DNA of 36,242 nucleotides from a bacterium (GTDB lineage Bacteria > Patescibacteriota > Microgenomatia > Daviesbacterales > UBA10151): the NCBI GenBank assembly GCA_021786315.1, contig JAJYNN010000002.1, positions 166,160 through 202,401 of the forward strand. Direction: 5' to 3'. The position numbers and the translations under genes are program-made. The notes beneath the pieces were generated by a model. That model was given only the letters and a program-made list of their open reading frames with translations. It did no database searches and was not told where the DNA came from. Positions 22,402-31,483 of this stretch are shown piece after piece (positions within the stretch are counted from its first letter, which is position 1; each line of letters begins with the position of its first letter).

Positions 22402-24732
22402 CTACTGTTCCTTTTTAACCGCCGGGGGAGTGGCGACGTTTTCCGGTTTGGGCAGATCCAGGACATTAGGAAGGTTCTTGTTTTGTAAAGCGGAACTGGG
22501 GGTTTGGGCGGCCGGAGCCTGGATCTTCTGTTGGGCCTCCTGTTCGGCCTGTTGCTTGGCAGCAGCGCTGGCAATCTGGTCCTTCAGGCTCTTGAGCAAG
22601 TCGGAAGCAACCTGATAATCCTGGCTTCCCGGATCAAGCAGGGAAACTGTCCTTTCAGCACTGGTGGCAGCCCCCACCAAATCACCTTTATCCTTTAAGG
22701 CTACGGCCAAGTTGAAGTAGGCGTTGGCAAAATCCGGCTTTAAGTTGACCGCGTCAGAGAAGAACCTGATGGCCATATCGTAGTTTTTAACAGAGTAATA
22801 GATGCCTCCCACAGTCAGCCTTAAGCTGGGGTTCATCGGGTCTTGCTGGATAGCCCGTCCGTAGGAATCCAGGGAAAAGGTCAGGGCATTTTGAGCCACA
22901 CCGGAAATTTGTCTATAGATTGATCCCAGGATTTCCCAGTTTAAAGGGTTGCGGGGGTTTAAAGCTGCAGCAGCTTGGCCCTCGGCGATTGCCTGGGAAA
23001 GGAGGGTTTGGATATTTTGTTTATCGGCATCGGTTAGGGACCCGGAAGGGGAAGCCTCAGTTGGGCCTTTAGCAGCAGCGATGGCATTAGCCAGGGCAAA
23101 GTTGGTTTGGGCCATATCGGAGCGGTAAAGGTCAACGCTGGAATTAAGCTTCTCGGCGGCAATTAGTTGGTTGTAGGCATCAAGCCCCCGGCCGGCGGCT
23201 ACAGATTGGAGGGCCTGGCGGTGATAGAAGTCAGCCAAAACAAGTTTCCCGGTGAAGTAATAGGTTGTGCCGACTAAAGCCAGGACAATCAGCAAAATGA
23301 TGGCCGGAAGAGCATCGAAGTGCAAGTGAACGCCATCCTGTAGGGTTTGGGTGGTGGTTAAGCCGATCTGTATGTTGTTATTCTGCCTTTTCCCACTGGC
23401 CATAAAAGCAGCCAGGAGGATAATTCCGATAACCATCAAAGGTAGGGTGGAGGTGTGCAGGGCGAGTAATACAAATAAGGTAATACCGGAAATAGCCAGG
23501 GAAAGGTTAATGCTGCCACTAGGTGCAGCGAGAGCTTTGAAAGCCTGAGAAACAAAGACCACAGTCAGGAGGATCAAAGCGATAAGTCCCAAAGCTCCCA
23601 AGGTGGCCAATGTCTGCAGGTATTCATTGAAAGCAGTATCAAAGCGGATATTCCATAATTTGGTGGCGTTAAATTCAGCCGGCTTGTAAGTTGTAAAGTC
23701 GGAAAGGTAAGAGGCGGGACCTGTTCCCCAAAAAGGTGCATCGCGGAAAGTGGAGATGGACACTTTCCAGGAGGTTTGGAATGGCAATTGAACCTCGCGG
23801 GGGAAGTTTTGGGCTTGGTTGTACAAAGGATTCTTAGTTTTGGCCATCGGAACCAAGGAAACAAAGATTAAGACTACCGCCAAGGCCAAAGGAGCCAAAA
23901 CAAAAGCGGCATTCTTTTTAATAAGTAGGGGGGAGGTGGTAAAGAAAGCCAGGGCAAAAGCGGCAGCTGCGGCGATATAGGTTGCCCATGATCCGATTAA
24001 GGCGATGGTGGCGGTAAACAGGACTAATACCAGTGTCAGTAAAACCTTGTTAAAAATTTGGGCTGGGAAAAACTGGCTAAAAGCGCTCTTGGAAGCCTGC
24101 ATTCTCGGAATAGAGTTCATATTGCCCAAGACCTCTTTTTCTCCATCCTGGAGGATGATCATTAGAGGGAACGGCAAAAGCAAGGCCAAAATAGCGGCAG
24201 TGGAAAAGCTTGACCCGGTGGGGGTAAAGTTTAATCCGGCTGTCCAGGGCAAAGTTAAAACATTAACCCCAAAATAGGAGAGGAGGGAAAGGATTGATAG
24301 CACTACCCCGGAACCCAAAAGTAAATAGATTAGCTGTTTGATGACGCTGATTTGCTTAAAATTGGAAACCAGGGTGAAGTATAAAATAATGTAGGCGGCA
24401 AAAGTTGCCAAGCCTCCGTGAATCCGCGGTAGGTTGCCTAGAATTGAAACTGTTTTGGTGGGGGAAAAGAAGGTGGAAATACCAAATACTGCCAAAAGCA
24501 ATATAAACGGCAGGTCCAATGAGGTGCGGGCAACTGTTAATTTACCTGCAAATACACCTTTAGCTATCCAAAGTACCAATAGGATGCCGGTGATGGCTAT
24601 TAAAAGGATAAACTTGGGAGTTTCGTAGAACTCGGAAGTTAAATTCCAAAAGAAAAATGGGGTGAGTAGAGCCAAAGCCATGACCCCAAAGTTAAAAATA
24701 ATGTTTAGCCAGTAATTGACCCTTTCTGTCAT
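22402..24732 (-). CDS. Polytopic O-antigen-ligase-like (Wzy_C-type) membrane protein with C-terminal TPR repeats
   Basis: About 12 or more hydrophobic spans in the N-terminal 480 aa. C-terminal TPR-like repeats (YYSVKNYDMAIRFFSDAVNLKPDFANAYFNLAVALKDKGD). Confidence 0.65.
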   Translation of the reverse strand: MTERVNYWLNIIFNFGVMALALLTPFFFWNLTSEFYETPKFILLIAITGILLVLWIAKGVFAGKLTVARTSLDLPFILLLAVFGISTFFSPTKTVSILGNLPRIHGGLATFAAYIILYFTLVSNFKQISVIKQLIYLLLGSGVVLSILSLLSYFGVNVLTLPWTAGLNFTPTGSSFSTAAILALLLPFPLMIILQDGEKEVLGNMNSIPRMQASKSAFSQFFPAQIFNKVLLTLVLVLFTATIALIGSWATYIAAAAAFALAFFTTSPLLIKKNAAFVLAPLALAVVLIFVSLVPMAKTKNPLYNQAQNFPREVQLPFQTSWKVSISTFRDAPFWGTGPASYLSDFTTYKPAEFNATKLWNIRFDTAFNEYLQTLATLGALGLIALILLTVVFVSQAFKALAAPSGSINLSLAISGITLFVLLALHTSTLPLMVIGIILLAAFMASGKRQNNNIQIGLTTTQTLQDGVHLHFDALPAIILLIVLALVGTTYYFTGKLVLADFYHRQALQSVAAGRGLDAYNQLIAAEKLNSSVDLYRSDMAQTNFALANAIAAAKGPTEASPSGSLTDADKQNIQTLLSQAIAEGQAAAALNPRNPLNWEILGSIYRQISGVAQNALTFSLDSYGRAIQQDPMNPSLRLTVGGIYYSVKNYDMAIRFFSDAVNLKPDFANAYFNLAVALKDKGDLVGAATSAERTVSLLDPGSQDYQVASDLLKSLKDQIASAAAKQQAEQEAQQKIQAPAAQTPSSALQNKNLPNVLDLPKPENVATPPAVKKEQ

Positions 24733-24836
24733 ATGTATTTAGTTTGAGGGATTAAAAAATCTTTATCAACTAGGATCATCTATATCATTACGGAACTCAA
24801 CTACATCACTTTTGAGGAGGTTGTATGTGCCGTCGT

Positions 24837-24890
24837 GCAAGGTGACGCCTTGCGCCGCAAGGTGACGCCTTGCGTGGAGCTTGCGTGGAG
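24837..24890 (+). repeat. Two tandem REP-like hairpins plus an 11-nt direct duplication
   Basis: gcaaggtgacgccttgc twice (24837-24853, 24857-24873), then cttgcgtggag twice (24869-24879, 24880-24890). Confidence 0.75.
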
Positions 24891-24930
24891 GCTAAGACGT
24901 TACCTCAAGTTTTCTTGGAAAATTACCGGG

Positions 24931-25617
24931 TTACTCTTCGATTACTAAGGGGTAAATCAAATTTGAGATTTCATTGTTATCTGTTTGCCCTACAAAGGAT
25001 TTATAGGAAAGCTTGGGATTTGTTTGGGAAAAGAATGCCAGAATCTCATCTGGTTTAACCCAAGCCCCTTGATGACTACCCAAATATGCTGGGTAGGAAG
25101 ATGGTTGGCCTTGGCCGCTTAAACTATATTTGTCAAAGGATTGTTTATGGATATAGCGGGAAAGTTCCAAAAGCTGGGCATCTGTTTGGACTAAAACAGC
25201 TTTGTAGGTCCCCTGGTAGAGTGCTCCCACCCGCTTGTATTTTTTATTAAAGTACATGGTATATCTTGTACCTAAAGAGTTCATAAACTTATCAATAGCT
25301 CCGGCACTTTTTTGTTTAACCAAAAGGTGAAAATGGTTGGGCATTAGGCAATAGGCGAGAAGGGTAATATCATCTGCAAAGTTATTCATCCTGATCTGTT
25401 TTCTTAGCCCGTCTCTTTCGGGAATGGGTGTTCGGGGGTTTGCTAATTGTTCCATTAAGGAAACACTATCCTTGGGTGTCAGATAAGTTTTTAGGTAGGA
25501 GATAAAGACTGAATAGTCCTGTTGGTCCTGGAAGATGGAGCGCTTTTCAACCCCTCTATTATATATATGGTAGTAACCCTCTTCGACATATTGTTTAACT
25601 ACATTTTTTGCTGGCAT
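24931..25617 (-). CDS. HUH / Y1 tyrosine transposase (IS200-like or REP-associated RAYT-like), 228 aa
   Basis: YHIYNRG N-terminal motif, HUH motif in LLAYCLMPNHFHLLV, and a catalytic-Tyr context SRYIHKQ. Confidence 0.82.
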   Translation of the reverse strand: MPAKNVVKQYVEEGYYHIYNRGVEKRSIFQDQQDYSVFISYLKTYLTPKDSVSLMEQLANPRTPIPERDGLRKQIRMNNFADDITLLAYCLMPNHFHLLVKQKSAGAIDKFMNSLGTRYTMYFNKKYKRVGALYQGTYKAVLVQTDAQLLELSRYIHKQSFDKYSLSGQGQPSSYPAYLGSHQGAWVKPDEILAFFSQTNPKLSYKSFVGQTDNNEISNLIYPLVIEE

Positions 25618-25645
25618 AATAACAAAATAACATGGATGCTAGCCT

Positions 25646-25671
25646 CGTGCAAGGTGACGCCTTGCGTGGAG
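25646..25671 (+). repeat. REP-like hairpin upstream of the transposase gene
   Basis: cgtgcaaggtgacgccttgcgtggag. It combines the 5' flank of the first downstream copy with the 3' flank of the second. Confidence 0.75.
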
Positions 25672-25681
25672 ATCGAGGGAA

Positions 25682-28600
25682 TTAAGGGGCTCCTGTTGCC
25701 GGAGCAAAGTTAATGGCTCCGTTGTTATAGACGTTTTTGACCTGGCTAGCTGTTAAGGCATAGTTATAAATCCTTACATCATCAATCTGGCCGGGAAATA
25801 ATTGCCCCGCTCCGTTACCATAACTGCCAATATTGGCAACTTCTCCCGCGGTGGATGTCGGCGTTCCGGAATCGCTGGTGGTACTAACTAAAACCCCGTT
25901 AACATATAATTTTGTAGTTGTGCCATCCCAAGTACCTACCACATAACTCCAGGTATTGATTGCCGCATCGTCAGTACTGTAGGTCCAGCTGCCGCTGGCA
26001 TCGGGATTAAAAGCCCATTTGCTGGTGTTGCTAATTTTTAGGCGGTATCCGTTGGGGGTTCCGTCTCCTCTCTGGAAAATTACATACCAACCAGTGTTAT
26101 TAGTAGGGTAAACCCAGGCGGAAACGCTAACCTGGCTTGTTTGATCCAAGCTGGTACCGCTACCTATGTTTACATAATCATCAGTCCCGTTAAAGTAGAG
26201 GGAAGAATTTCTTTTTCCGGTTGCTCCTTTACTCCAAGCGGTGGTATTAGTTCCGTCGCTGCAAGTTCCCATAGTCGTGCTTCCACTATGGGTACCGGAA
26301 TTGTTATTGCCGGAAGAATCATGCAAAGTGTCTCCCTGGCATTCATCAAACTTCCACCAGCCAACAGGCCCACCCCGGTTATAATCATAGGCAATTTGGG
26401 CAGGAGTACGAAGGTATTTATAAATTCTCATTTGGTCAATTGACCCGTTGAGCCAGTTGCCGTTGCCGTTTCCGCCTAGAAGGGCTGACAGGCTATTGTC
26501 TATGTTTCCACTGCGGCTGGCTATAGAGGTGGGGGTGCCGTCCTGTTTACCGTCAATGTAAATTGTCCCGTTCCCATCCCTGTCAAATGCGGCAACTACA
26601 AAATGCCATTTGTTATTATCAATCCTTGATGTTGAGGTAAAGGTTGTAAATCCTAAACTGTCTTCAATTGTCGGATTTAACGTACCGTCACTCTTAATTG
26701 TCAAGCGCCAACCGATATCTCCTCCGTAACCCGCGCCTTTTCTGATAATTGCTTTTTCCTCAGAAACTGTCCCTGTTTTTACCCAGGCCTGCACAGTAAA
26801 ATCTCCGGTTCCCATATCCAAATCTCCACTGGCAGGGTCTCCCAAATCCACATAATCATCAGTGCCATTAAATTTCCCAGCTTTACCTACTTTGCCAGAA
26901 GTCCAATGGGAACCGGTTCCGTTCCAGGCTCCGTCATTACCTGACCCGGAAGTGTCACAAACATCATTTGTTCCGCCAGAACAGGTATCATCCTTGCCTT
27001 CCTCAAAGTCCAAACGGGCTACCGGGGGAGCACAGGAAGTTGAATCTCCGGGCACGCAGTATTCCTGGTTGGCAGAATTTTTGTCATAAGAAGAATTGCT
27101 TCCCAAAGCCCCCATTTGTAAAGATGAACCATGATTGTACTCAAGTTTGACCTCATCAGCCGTTAAGGCATAGTTGTACATTTTTACTTCATCCATTGTA
27201 CCGGCAAAATATTCATTGGCGATATTGTAGCCAATAGTGACATCGGTGTTGTTGTCGGTAATTGAGACGGTGGCCGCGGTACTATTATTCAGAGCCCCAT
27301 CCAGGTAAAGTTTCAAGGTTGCTCCGTCCCAGGTTAAGACCAGATGGTGCCAGACACCAGCCGGAAGTTGGGCTGGACTTTGAGTAGAATAGACAACTGT
27401 GTCATTACCTTTGACGATTCCTCTAATGGCGTAAGAGTCGGTACTTCTTTGATATTGGAGCTCGAAGGGAATGCCGGTTGTACTCCAGGCGGAACGCTTG
27501 GAAATAATTGTTCTCCAGCAGGTGGCGACCGAACAATATGAATCCAACTTGGTCCAGGCGGAAATGGTAAAGCCGGTTAGCCCGTCAAAGGTCGATTCAT
27601 TTGATGTACTGACATAATCGTCGGTCCCGTCAAAGATTAAACCTTTCCCGTATTTACCTGCTTGGGTCCAGCCGGAGGTGGCAGTGGCAGGGGAGGTCAT
27701 GTTGGTTAAAGTGCCATTTAGAGCCGAACCGCCGTTGCCGGAGTTGTGAGCGGTTGTACCTTGTCCCTCATCAAATTTCCAATAACCAAGAGGGGATCCC
27801 ACTGGTGAACCCACGTTAGGATGGGATCCGTTCATATCCGAGACAATTTGTTTTGATGTCCGGGCATAATTATAAATTTTAATATCATCAAGCAAGCCAT
27901 TATAAGGGTAGGCTCCGTTGGTATAGGCACCAATTAAGATGGGATTGGCACCAAGATCCATACTTTTGTTTAAGGTAGTGCTATTGATCTGGACACCGTT
28001 TTGATAGGATCTAAGCACTGATCCATCATAAGTAAAGGTAATATAAGTCCAGGTATTATTACTAAGATTATTCGTTACTACGCTGTTGCCTCCGCTGTTA
28101 CCGCCGCTTTTGAAATACATCACTAAATTGCTGGCAGTATTAGCTTTCCAGATTCCCCAGCTGGTACCCCACTTAGTGATGAGGTCCTGTTCATTTCCGC
28201 TAAAAGCTTTGGGATTCATCCAGAAAGAAACAGTTAACATTCCTGTATCCAAGCTATTGGCATCAGCCACTGATACATAATCATCCGTACCATCAAATGA
28301 ACAGGCACCTCCGTATTTACCCTGGGCTTGAGAACAGTCAGTATGGTTATAGGTAGTCCCGTTGTTACCGTTACCTGAAATATCAACAATAGTCTGGGAA
28401 GCCCCTTTAACATGATCATCCATCTTCCAGTATCCCACTGGTCCCGGTGCCCAATTGTAGAGGTTGGAAACCTCAGTAGGTGAAAGGGCCCGGTTATAAA
28501 TCCTGACTTCATCAAGTTTGCCGTTAAAATCCCGGTTGGCCGTGGGGCTCCCGTAACGGGCGCCAAGGTAAAGATTATTGGCGCTGGAATCAATGGCGCC

Positions 28601-31048
28601 GCTTGCAGCATCGCTGTTTTCCAAAACGCCGTTTAAGTAAATCTTCATCATTGATCCGTCGTAAACCCCTACAAGGTGATACCAGGTACCAGTGGAAAGA
28701 GACGTAGAAGTGTATTTAGAGTAAGCTTTTGTGCCTGATTGATAAATGGCAAACTCAACCTTATTGCCGTTAATCCACATAGCGTAAGCTCCCGAGGCTT
28801 CGCTTGAATCCTCACCCTTGCTGATGATCCGGTCATAAGAGTTTGCATCAACGCTGGCGGATAAGTTAATCCAGGCAGAGACAGTAATGTTACCGGTAAT
28901 ATCTAAGGAAGAACCGGTCCCGGCATCAACATATTGGGTGCCGTCAAAAGAACCTCCGTTGCCGAACTTACCTGTGGCAGCGCCTGCAGGTTTAGTGCAA
29001 CCTACACCCGCGCAGCCTGCTGTACCATTATTGCTGTTACCTGAAGCATCTAAAACATCTGCAGAGGAGCCGGACCAGGAAGCCTCATCCATTTTCCAGT
29101 AACCTACTAGGCCATTGGATAAATAATCTTGGGTGGAGGCCCCCAAAACCGCTCCTGCGCCTGAATGGGCAGAGGCATTGGCTTTACCGGCTAAATAATC
29201 AGTTTTAATCTGGGCTGCACTTCTGGCATAGGGATAAATCTTGGGTTCATCAATAAAACCACCAAAGTAATCTTGGTGAGCAGCTGATACAAGTCTGTCA
29301 CCAAACTCAAGCGGATCATTATTGGCTGAATAGACATAGCTTGGTGTTAACAATGATCCTTGGTCAAGTTTTCCATCGATATAGATTGTGATATTTTGGT
29401 TGGCTGCAACAGCAGTATCAGTTGTTATTGTTACAGAATAATAATGCCATTTATTATCGTTAACATCACTACTACTAGCCCTTTGAACATTTTGACCAGA
29501 ACCATTTTTAATTTGTACGCCTAATTTATTGGCAGTGGTATTATTGACATTAATTAACCACCCAGCTCCTTTGGCCATTAAGTATCCACCTGAGGTTTGG
29601 CCAGTTCTAAACCAACCAGAAGCAGTGAAGGTAGTATTGGCAAAATCAAAATTAGACTCGTTTGCATTAGATATATAACTACTTGATCCATCAAAATATA
29701 AACATTTGCCGGCCACACACCTGTCTTCCGGCTGCCAGGTGGGGAGGGTGGCTCCCGATAATGTTCCATCATTATTAGAAGATGAAGAATCTTGGGCATT
29801 AGTGCCTTGGCCGTCGTCAAATTTCCAGTATCCTACCGGTCCCGGGCCTTGTTCCTCAGTCCCTGCTGAGGTTGTGGGCTTGGAAATGGTTGAGGCATAA
29901 CTGGCAAGATTGCCGGGACTGGAATAAAGCTGGGAGATTTCGGAGGTAGACAATGCCCGGTTGTAGACCCTGACATCATCAATTGACCCTGACCAGCCCC
30001 GGTTACCCATGCTTTCGTTGTCCATGCCAATCCTGACACCTGAGGATTCGGTCAGGGTAGCCCCGGCAGTGGTATCGGTAGCCGAGCCTTCCTGAACCCC
30101 GTTAACATAAATGTAGAGTTTATTGTCAGAAGTACTCCTGACACCCATGACATGGATCCAGGCATTGGAAGAGGCGTCGGTGGTAGACTCCACATACGGG
30201 GAATTGGTGCCGTCAGTAATTTGGAAAACGATATGCCCCGAAGGGGTAGTTTCAAAAAACCGGTAACCTTTGGTGCTGTATTTATTGACAATATACCGGT
30301 AATCGTCCTTGACTGAAGTTTTAATCCAGGCACTGACTGTCATGGAACTGGTGGTAATGTCGGCGGCACTGGTAGGGGAAACACTGACGTATTGGGAAGT
30401 GGTACTGCCGTTGCCTGCAGCTCCTCCTGTAAGGCTGGCGGCATTGCTGTATTTGCCTGCAGCTCCTCCTGTGGGGACAGTACAGCCTGTATAATAGCAA
30501 CTGGCTGTGCCGTTGCCCCCGCTTATTGAATTATCTTTAACTTCTCCGGCAGTCCCATTCCAGGAAGCCTCATTTAGAGCCCAATAGCCAACTAAACCGT
30601 TAAATAACCTGAATTTATTACTATCCGAGGCAGCCGGTGCTGTGGGGTTGCCGTAGTACATATACATGGTATAGGTGGTGGTGTTTTTAGGGACCAAATC
30701 AGCCATCACCCAGACTTTGGTGGAGGCGGTGCCGCACCCGGAATCTATATAGTAGGGGAGCAGCTTTCCCCCCTGGTTGGTAAACCTCAAATCCTGGCAG
30801 GAAGATTGGAATTTACCGGTGGCGGAAGTATCAACGGTGACCAGGGTTTCCAAATCAGTGATATCGTTGGCGCTGGAGGTGATAGTCAAAGTAATGGCTT
30901 TCCGGTAAAGCCAATTTTCATTAAACCAGGCAGCCATTGCGGGTTTGGAAAAATATGAGTAAATAAATATCCCAATTCCGGCAACCAAGAAGGCAGACAA
31001 AAGAAAGAGAACACTCTTAATTTTCAATTTAAAATTTACAATTTTCAT
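25682..31048 (-). CDS. Giant surface protein G1: signal anchor, DUF2341-like domain, seven LamG (Laminin_G_3) repeats
   Basis: N-terminal MKIVNFKLKIKSVLFLLSAFLVAG. WLYRKAITLT...LRFTN is DUF2341-like. Seven repeats each end in (I/L/M)D(D/E)(V/P/I)(R/K)(I/V/M)Y(N/P/K)(R/Y)(A/L)(L/R)(S/T)xxxx, e.g. DDVRVYNRALSTSEISQLY. The ATG at 31046-31048 is preferred over 31066. Confidence 0.88.
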   Translation of the reverse strand: MKIVNFKLKIKSVLFLLSAFLVAGIGIFIYSYFSKPAMAAWFNENWLYRKAITLTITSSANDITDLETLVTVDTSATGKFQSSCQDLRFTNQGGKLLPYYIDSGCGTASTKVWVMADLVPKNTTTYTMYMYYGNPTAPAASDSNKFRLFNGLVGYWALNEASWNGTAGEVKDNSISGGNGTASCYYTGCTVPTGGAAGKYSNAASLTGGAAGNGSTTSQYVSVSPTSAADITTSSMTVSAWIKTSVKDDYRYIVNKYSTKGYRFFETTPSGHIVFQITDGTNSPYVESTTDASSNAWIHVMGVRSTSDNKLYIYVNGVQEGSATDTTAGATLTESSGVRIGMDNESMGNRGWSGSIDDVRVYNRALSTSEISQLYSSPGNLASYASTISKPTTSAGTEEQGPGPVGYWKFDDGQGTNAQDSSSSNNDGTLSGATLPTWQPEDRCVAGKCLYFDGSSSYISNANESNFDFANTTFTASGWFRTGQTSGGYLMAKGAGWLINVNNTTANKLGVQIKNGSGQNVQRASSSDVNDNKWHYYSVTITTDTAVAANQNITIYIDGKLDQGSLLTPSYVYSANNDPLEFGDRLVSAAHQDYFGGFIDEPKIYPYARSAAQIKTDYLAGKANASAHSGAGAVLGASTQDYLSNGLVGYWKMDEASWSGSSADVLDASGNSNNGTAGCAGVGCTKPAGAATGKFGNGGSFDGTQYVDAGTGSSLDITGNITVSAWINLSASVDANSYDRIISKGEDSSEASGAYAMWINGNKVEFAIYQSGTKAYSKYTSTSLSTGTWYHLVGVYDGSMMKIYLNGVLENSDAASGAIDSSANNLYLGARYGSPTANRDFNGKLDEVRIYNRALSPTEVSNLYNWAPGPVGYWKMDDHVKGASQTIVDISGNGNNGTTYNHTDCSQAQGKYGGACSFDGTDDYVSVADANSLDTGMLTVSFWMNPKAFSGNEQDLITKWGTSWGIWKANTASNLVMYFKSGGNSGGNSVVTNNLSNNTWTYITFTYDGSVLRSYQNGVQINSTTLNKSMDLGANPILIGAYTNGAYPYNGLLDDIKIYNYARTSKQIVSDMNGSHPNVGSPVGSPLGYWKFDEGQGTTAHNSGNGGSALNGTLTNMTSPATATSGWTQAGKYGKGLIFDGTDDYVSTSNESTFDGLTGFTISAWTKLDSYCSVATCWRTIISKRSAWSTTGIPFELQYQRSTDSYAIRGIVKGNDTVVYSTQSPAQLPAGVWHHLVLTWDGATLKLYLDGALNNSTAATVSITDNNTDVTIGYNIANEYFAGTMDEVKMYNYALTADEVKLEYNHGSSLQMGALGSNSSYDKNSANQEYCVPGDSTSCAPPVARLDFEEGKDDTCSGGTNDVCDTSGSGNDGAWNGTGSHWTSGKVGKAGKFNGTDDYVDLGDPASGDLDMGTGDFTVQAWVKTGTVSEEKAIIRKGAGYGGDIGWRLTIKSDGTLNPTIEDSLGFTTFTSTSRIDNNKWHFVVAAFDRDGNGTIYIDGKQDGTPTSIASRSGNIDNSLSALLGGNGNGNWLNGSIDQMRIYKYLRTPAQIAYDYNRGGPVGWWKFDECQGDTLHDSSGNNNSGTHSGSTTMGTCSDGTNTTAWSKGATGKRNSSLYFNGTDDYVNIGSGTSLDQTSQVSVSAWVYPTNNTGWYVIFQRGDGTPNGYRLKISNTSKWAFNPDASGSWTYSTDDAAINTWSYVVGTWDGTTTKLYVNGVLVSTTSDSGTPTSTAGEVANIGSYGNGAGQLFPGQIDDVRIYNYALTASQVKNVYNNGAINFAPATGAP

Positions 31049-31074
31049 TAAATTTTCAAAACACAATTTTCAGT
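31018..31074. repeat. AT-rich word-repeat block overlapping the G1 start
   Basis: ttaattttcaatttaaaatttacaattttcattaaattttcaaaacacaattttcag. The first 11 codons of G1 (MKIVNFKLKIK) are encoded by it. Confidence 0.5.
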
Positions 31075-31449
31075 CTAGTCTCTTAAGGAAGAAACAATTT
31101 TCTGAAATATCATTGTTAATTCTTGTGCTTCTTGTCCTAGCAGCTCAATTTCTGTTTTCTTCTCTGGAAAACAAACAACCATCATTCTTAGCCAGTGTTT
31201 AGTTTCCTGGGCTTCTTTCTTGCAGATAAAAATCTTATTTTGAAAGTCTTTTTTTGAGCTTGCGCCGTTTGCTTCCATATAATTGGCTCCAATACTGGTT
31301 CCCGACCTAATAATTTGGCTTATAATTGGTGTTGAAATTAAATCTGATCTTAAGTTTTTACAAAAATTGATGATTTGTTCCCCAAACCGGCTTGTGCGTT
31401 CTTCAAGATCGTATTTTTTGGATTGTGAATTGTTTAATTGGTAATTCAT
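31075..31449 (-). CDS. Four-helix-bundle protein (TIGR02436 family, the so-called 23S rRNA intervening-sequence protein)
   Basis: Family-typical motifs RSGTSIGANYMEANGASSKKDFQNKIFICKKEAQETKHWL. Markedly AT-rich relative to the flanking genes. Confidence 0.82.
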   Translation of the reverse strand: MNYQLNNSQSKKYDLEERTSRFGEQIINFCKNLRSDLISTPIISQIIRSGTSIGANYMEANGASSKKDFQNKIFICKKEAQETKHWLRMMVVCFPEKKTEIELLGQEAQELTMIFQKIVSSLRD

Positions 31450-31483
31450 TGTAAATTAAAAATTAATAATTGAAAATTAGCTC

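Larger units (their letters stand above)
24834..25671 (-). mobile_element. IS200-like or REPtron-like unit: Y1 transposase gene bracketed by same-orientation REP-like hairpins
   Basis: The hairpin gcaagg-tgacg-ccttgc occurs at 24837-24853, 24857-24873 and 25649-25665, with the transposase CDS in between. Visibly lower GC than the flanks. Confidence 0.6.
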
